Shown here: positions 60,755 to 64,000 of the stretch, piece after piece | Layout: every line of letters begins with the position of its first letter | Position numbering within the stretch: the stretch's first letter is position 1 | Notes under the pieces: generated by a model | Seen by the model: only the letters and a program-made list of their open reading frames with translations | Database searches by the model: none | Told to the model about the DNA's origin: nothing | Program-made: the position numbers and the translations under genes | Assembly (NCBI RefSeq): GCF_000026225.1 | Contig: NC_011740.1 | Location: 4,161,576-4,225,575 of the forward strand | Source: Escherichia fergusonii ATCC 35469 | Lineage (GTDB): Bacteria > Pseudomonadota > Gammaproteobacteria > Enterobacterales > Enterobacteriaceae | Direction of reading: 5' to 3' | DNA: 64,000 bases

Positions 60755-61142
60755 TCAGACCTGCCTTAGGCTATTCCATTATTTTATCAGTACATTGATG
60801 TTGGAATTGTCTGGCAGTTATGACAATTATCATTTTTTACAACGCTTTTACGTTATGTATTTTCTGTGATCTTAATTCGGAAAATTTGTTGCAATTGATG
60901 AAAAAAAGAGTGTTGCCGTGACTCAGAGCACGAATAAGAATTATCGTAAGTATAAAAACATATAACGTAATAAATTTTGTATATTGGAAAATATTAATCG
61001 TTGAATAATAAAACTTGTGATTGGACGAAAAAATGGCGCTCCGTGGAGCGCCGAATAACAGTCACAAGATGGAATAACAGACTTGAGGGTGCAGTGGCAT
61101 AGCCCGTTTCCGGGCTGGGTTACAGCTAAATATCGACAACAA

Positions 61143-62033
61143 TTAACCTTTCACACCACCCGCCGTCAGGCCGTTGACCAGCCAGCGTTGGGCCAGCAGG
61201 AAAACCAGAGTGATAGGAATGGCTGACAGCACCGCCGCTGCAGCAAAGTCGCCCCACAGATAGTTTTGTGGGTTGAGATACTGCTGCATACCAACAGCCA
61301 GCGTGTAGCTGTTTACATCACGCAACAACAGTGATGCGACAGGAACTTCGGTGATTGCGGCGATAAACGACAGAATAAACACGACTGCCAGAATCGGTAC
61401 TGACAATGGCAGTAGTACCAGACGGAAGGCTTGCCATGGTGTTGCGCCATCCAGCGCCGCAGCTTCTTCCAGTGACCCATCGATGGTTTCGAAATAGCCT
61501 TTAATTGTCCAGACATGCAGGGCAATACCACCGAGGTAGGCGAAAATCACACCGCCATGAGTGTTCAGACCAATAAACGGGATGTACTGGCCGAGGCGAT
61601 CAAACAATGCATACAATGCCACCAGCGAAAGCACTGCCGGGAACATCTGGAAAATCAACATTCCTTTCAGCAGTGTTGCTTTCCCCGGAAAACGCATTCG
61701 GGCGAAGGCGTAGGCGCAAGTGGTGGAAAGCGCCACAATACCCAGCGCGGTGATGCCAGCAATTTTTACCGAGTTCCACAGCCACAACAGTACCGGGAAA
61801 GGTGGTGGTGTGACGCGACCGTCGGCGTGCTCTACGCTGAAACCTAATGCCAGTTTCCAGTGCTCCCAGGAGATATGTTCCGGGATCAGGCTACCCGTGG
61901 CGAAGTTACCTTCGCGCAGGGAGATGGTGATAACCATCAGCAACGGGAACATAATTGCTGCGATGAAAACCAGTAACCCTACGTGGGTGATGAATAAACG
62001 CAGTTTTTGCGATTTAGGTTGGACCATTGCCAT
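61143..62033 (-). CDS. malG: Maltose ABC transporter permease MalG
   Basis: 296 aa. EAA loop ([20 protein letters not shown]). Confidence 0.9.
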   Translation of the reverse strand: MAMVQPKSQKLRLFITHVGLLVFIAAIMFPLLMVITISLREGNFATGSLIPEHISWEHWKLALGFSVEHADGRVTPPPFPVLLWLWNSVKIAGITALGIVALSTTCAYAFARMRFPGKATLLKGMLIFQMFPAVLSLVALYALFDRLGQYIPFIGLNTHGGVIFAYLGGIALHVWTIKGYFETIDGSLEEAAALDGATPWQAFRLVLLPLSVPILAVVFILSFIAAITEVPVASLLLRDVNSYTLAVGMQQYLNPQNYLWGDFAAAAVLSAIPITLVFLLAQRWLVNGLTAGGVKG

Positions 62034-62045
62034 ATCTATTGTTCC

Positions 62046-63590
62046 TTAATCAAACTTCATCCGCGTGGCTTTCAAATTCACAATCGCCAGTGCACCAACC
62101 AACAGGAAGATCAGCGTGGCAATCGCTGCCGCAAGCCCAAAGTCCTGCCCCCCGCCACCTTCAAAGGCGATACGGTAGGTGTAGCTAACTAACAAGTCGG
62201 TGTAACCGGCTGGCGTGGTGGTGCCGAGTCGATCAGGTCCGCCATTAGTCAACAGCTGAATCAGTACAAAGTTATTGAAGTTAAAGGCGAAGCTGGCAAT
62301 CATCAGCGGTGTCAGCGGTTTGATCAACAGCGGTAATGTGATCTTGAAGAAGTTCTGTAACGGACTCGCACCGTCCATTGCTGATGCTTCGTACAGGTCG
62401 TCAGGAATCGCTTTTAACAAGCCCATGCACAAGATCATCATGTATGGATAACCGAGCCAGGTATTGACGATGATAATCATCAAACGGGCGGTATTCGGAT
62501 CGCTGAACCAGGCCGGTTTAATGCCAAACAGCGAACTGAGCATCATGTTGATTTCACCGAAGCTCTGGTTAAACAACCCCTTGAAGATCAGAATCGAGAT
62601 AAATGACGGCACGGCGTAGGGCAATATCAGCAATACGCGATATATCGCTTTACCTTTTAACGCTTCCCATTGCACCAGGCAGGCCAACACCATGCCTACC
62701 GCGACGGTCAGCAAAACTGTTAACACTGAGAACACCACGGTCCAGGCGAAGATGGCCAGGAACGGCTTCTGAATACCTTCATCGGTAAAGACGCGGGAGA
62801 AATTGTCCCAGCCGGTGGTGACGGTATAACCGGGACTTAATTTTTCATCGCCCCAGTGACCATCAGCGGTCAGTGACTGGTAGTAACCAATCTCATTGTT
62901 CGGGCGATATTTCACGCCGCTCTGATTATTGGTCAATGTGCCATCTTCAGACAGCGTGTAGAGCGGCTGCGTGCCGGAAAACTGGCGCAGCGAACTCATT
63001 ATCACTTTGTTGTCATTAGGCAATATGGCGGTGATATCGTTTAATGCCTGGCGGTTTTGCGTGATAACGCGCAGTGTTGCGCGTTCGCCTTCAGGAAGCG
63101 TATCGCTCTCTTTCAGTTGTAGCTTCTGCACGCCGCCAAATTTAAAGGCATCTGAAAGATAATATTTGCCACTTTCTCCATCAGTAAGGGCCAGTTGCCA
63201 CTCATCACCCGCTGGATAAAGGCCAAAGTTATAGGTTTTTCCTGACTGCCAGGTACGGTCTAACAACACTTCCTGCGCGCGTTCAAAAGTCAGCTGGTTA
63301 GTGCTGCTGTAGTTGGTAAAAGCAATAGCGATGGTACAAACCAATGGGAACAGGACAAATAGCCCCATACCCGCCATACCAGGGTAAACATAGCGCCAGG
63401 CGTAAGTCTTACGATTGGCAAAAATATACAGGCCAGCAGAGCTTAAAATCAGCGTCATGATGGCGAACAGGTATTCCCCTTGTGCGTACATTAAAACAAC
63501 AAGGTATCCCACCAGCAGACTTAGCAGACCAATAACTGACCATTTCAGTGTGTCGCTTTGCCACCAATGTTTCTTTTTAATGACATCCAT
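62046..63590 (-). CDS. malF: Maltose ABC transporter permease MalF
   Basis: 514 aa from MDVIKKKHWWQSD (the track ORF starts 15 codons earlier). Large periplasmic P2 loop. Confidence 0.9.
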   Translation of the reverse strand: MDVIKKKHWWQSDTLKWSVIGLLSLLVGYLVVLMYAQGEYLFAIMTLILSSAGLYIFANRKTYAWRYVYPGMAGMGLFVLFPLVCTIAIAFTNYSSTNQLTFERAQEVLLDRTWQSGKTYNFGLYPAGDEWQLALTDGESGKYYLSDAFKFGGVQKLQLKESDTLPEGERATLRVITQNRQALNDITAILPNDNKVIMSSLRQFSGTQPLYTLSEDGTLTNNQSGVKYRPNNEIGYYQSLTADGHWGDEKLSPGYTVTTGWDNFSRVFTDEGIQKPFLAIFAWTVVFSVLTVLLTVAVGMVLACLVQWEALKGKAIYRVLLILPYAVPSFISILIFKGLFNQSFGEINMMLSSLFGIKPAWFSDPNTARLMIIIVNTWLGYPYMMILCMGLLKAIPDDLYEASAMDGASPLQNFFKITLPLLIKPLTPLMIASFAFNFNNFVLIQLLTNGGPDRLGTTTPAGYTDLLVSYTYRIAFEGGGGQDFGLAAAIATLIFLLVGALAIVNLKATRMKFD

Positions 63591-63614
63591 GGGGATCTTC
63601 CTCATTCCAGAACG

Positions 63615-63740
63615 GATAAAGCGTTTACGCTGCATCCGACAACAACCGCCTGATACGACGCTGACGCGTCTTATCAGGCTTACATTCGTTTCGGTTTTGT
63701 TGGCCGGATAAGGCGTTCACGCCGCATCCGGCATTTCACA
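63615..63740. repeat. REP (repetitive extragenic palindrome) elements in the malE-malF intergenic region
   Basis: GCCGGATGCGGCGTGAACGCCTTATCCGGCC-type palindromes. Confidence 0.8.
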
Positions 63741-63743
63741 GCA

Positions 63744-64000
<257 letters not shown>

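Overview
This window is an Escherichia coli-type chromosome segment with the gene order known from K-12 (rrnE through malE), interrupted by several accessory insertions. The core genes are: a 5'-truncated 16S rRNA, tRNA-Glu, 23S and 5S rRNA, yjaB, metA, aceB-aceA-aceK, iclR, metH, yjbB, rluF, yjbD, lysC, pgi, yjbE-F-G-H, psiE, xylE, malG, malF and a partial malE. Five accessory regions sit in this backbone. (1) A Dcm/EcoRII-family C5-cytosine methyltransferase with no partner gene lies between aceK and iclR, where K-12 has arpA. (2) An AT-rich two-gene cassette (a small soluble protein plus a 4-TM membrane protein) lies between metH and yjbB. (3) A Klebsiella-type sorbose operon (sorCDFBAME) and a small conserved gene occupy the place of pepE. 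(4) An AT-rich GT4 glycosyltransferase island lies between a full rluF and a full yjbD and is bracketed by a near-identical ~715-bp direct repeat that spans the 3' end of rluF and most of yjbD. (5) A ~20-kb island lies between yjbD and lysC. The 20-kb island is the most notable part. It begins with an SPFH (band-7) protein gene overlapping a minimal nucleotidyltransferase gene. It then holds a complete contractile-tail module in Mu-like order on the minus strand (sheath, tube, chaperone, tape measure, U/N-like, X, D/P-like hub, spike, gp25-like W, J, I, His-rich tail fiber, Tfa). Upstream of that module is a lysis cassette (holin-like, SLT transglycosylase, spanin-like). At the fiber end are a YiiX-like papain-fold peptidase and a DxD glycosyltransferase-like gene. 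There are no head, terminase, replication or integrase genes. The module is transcribed divergently from a Mor/C-family activator gene, and a near-consensus LexA (SOS) box lies in the intergenic region. A lone zeta-toxin-like kinase sits next to lysC. This architecture reads as an SOS-inducible phage-tail-like bacteriocin (tailocin) locus. The GT4 island and the DxD-GT gene share a ~120-150-bp homologous upstream/5'-coding module, which suggests a cassette-exchange relationship. All functional calls rest on motif and family recognition and on synteny recalled from memory. No database search was run.
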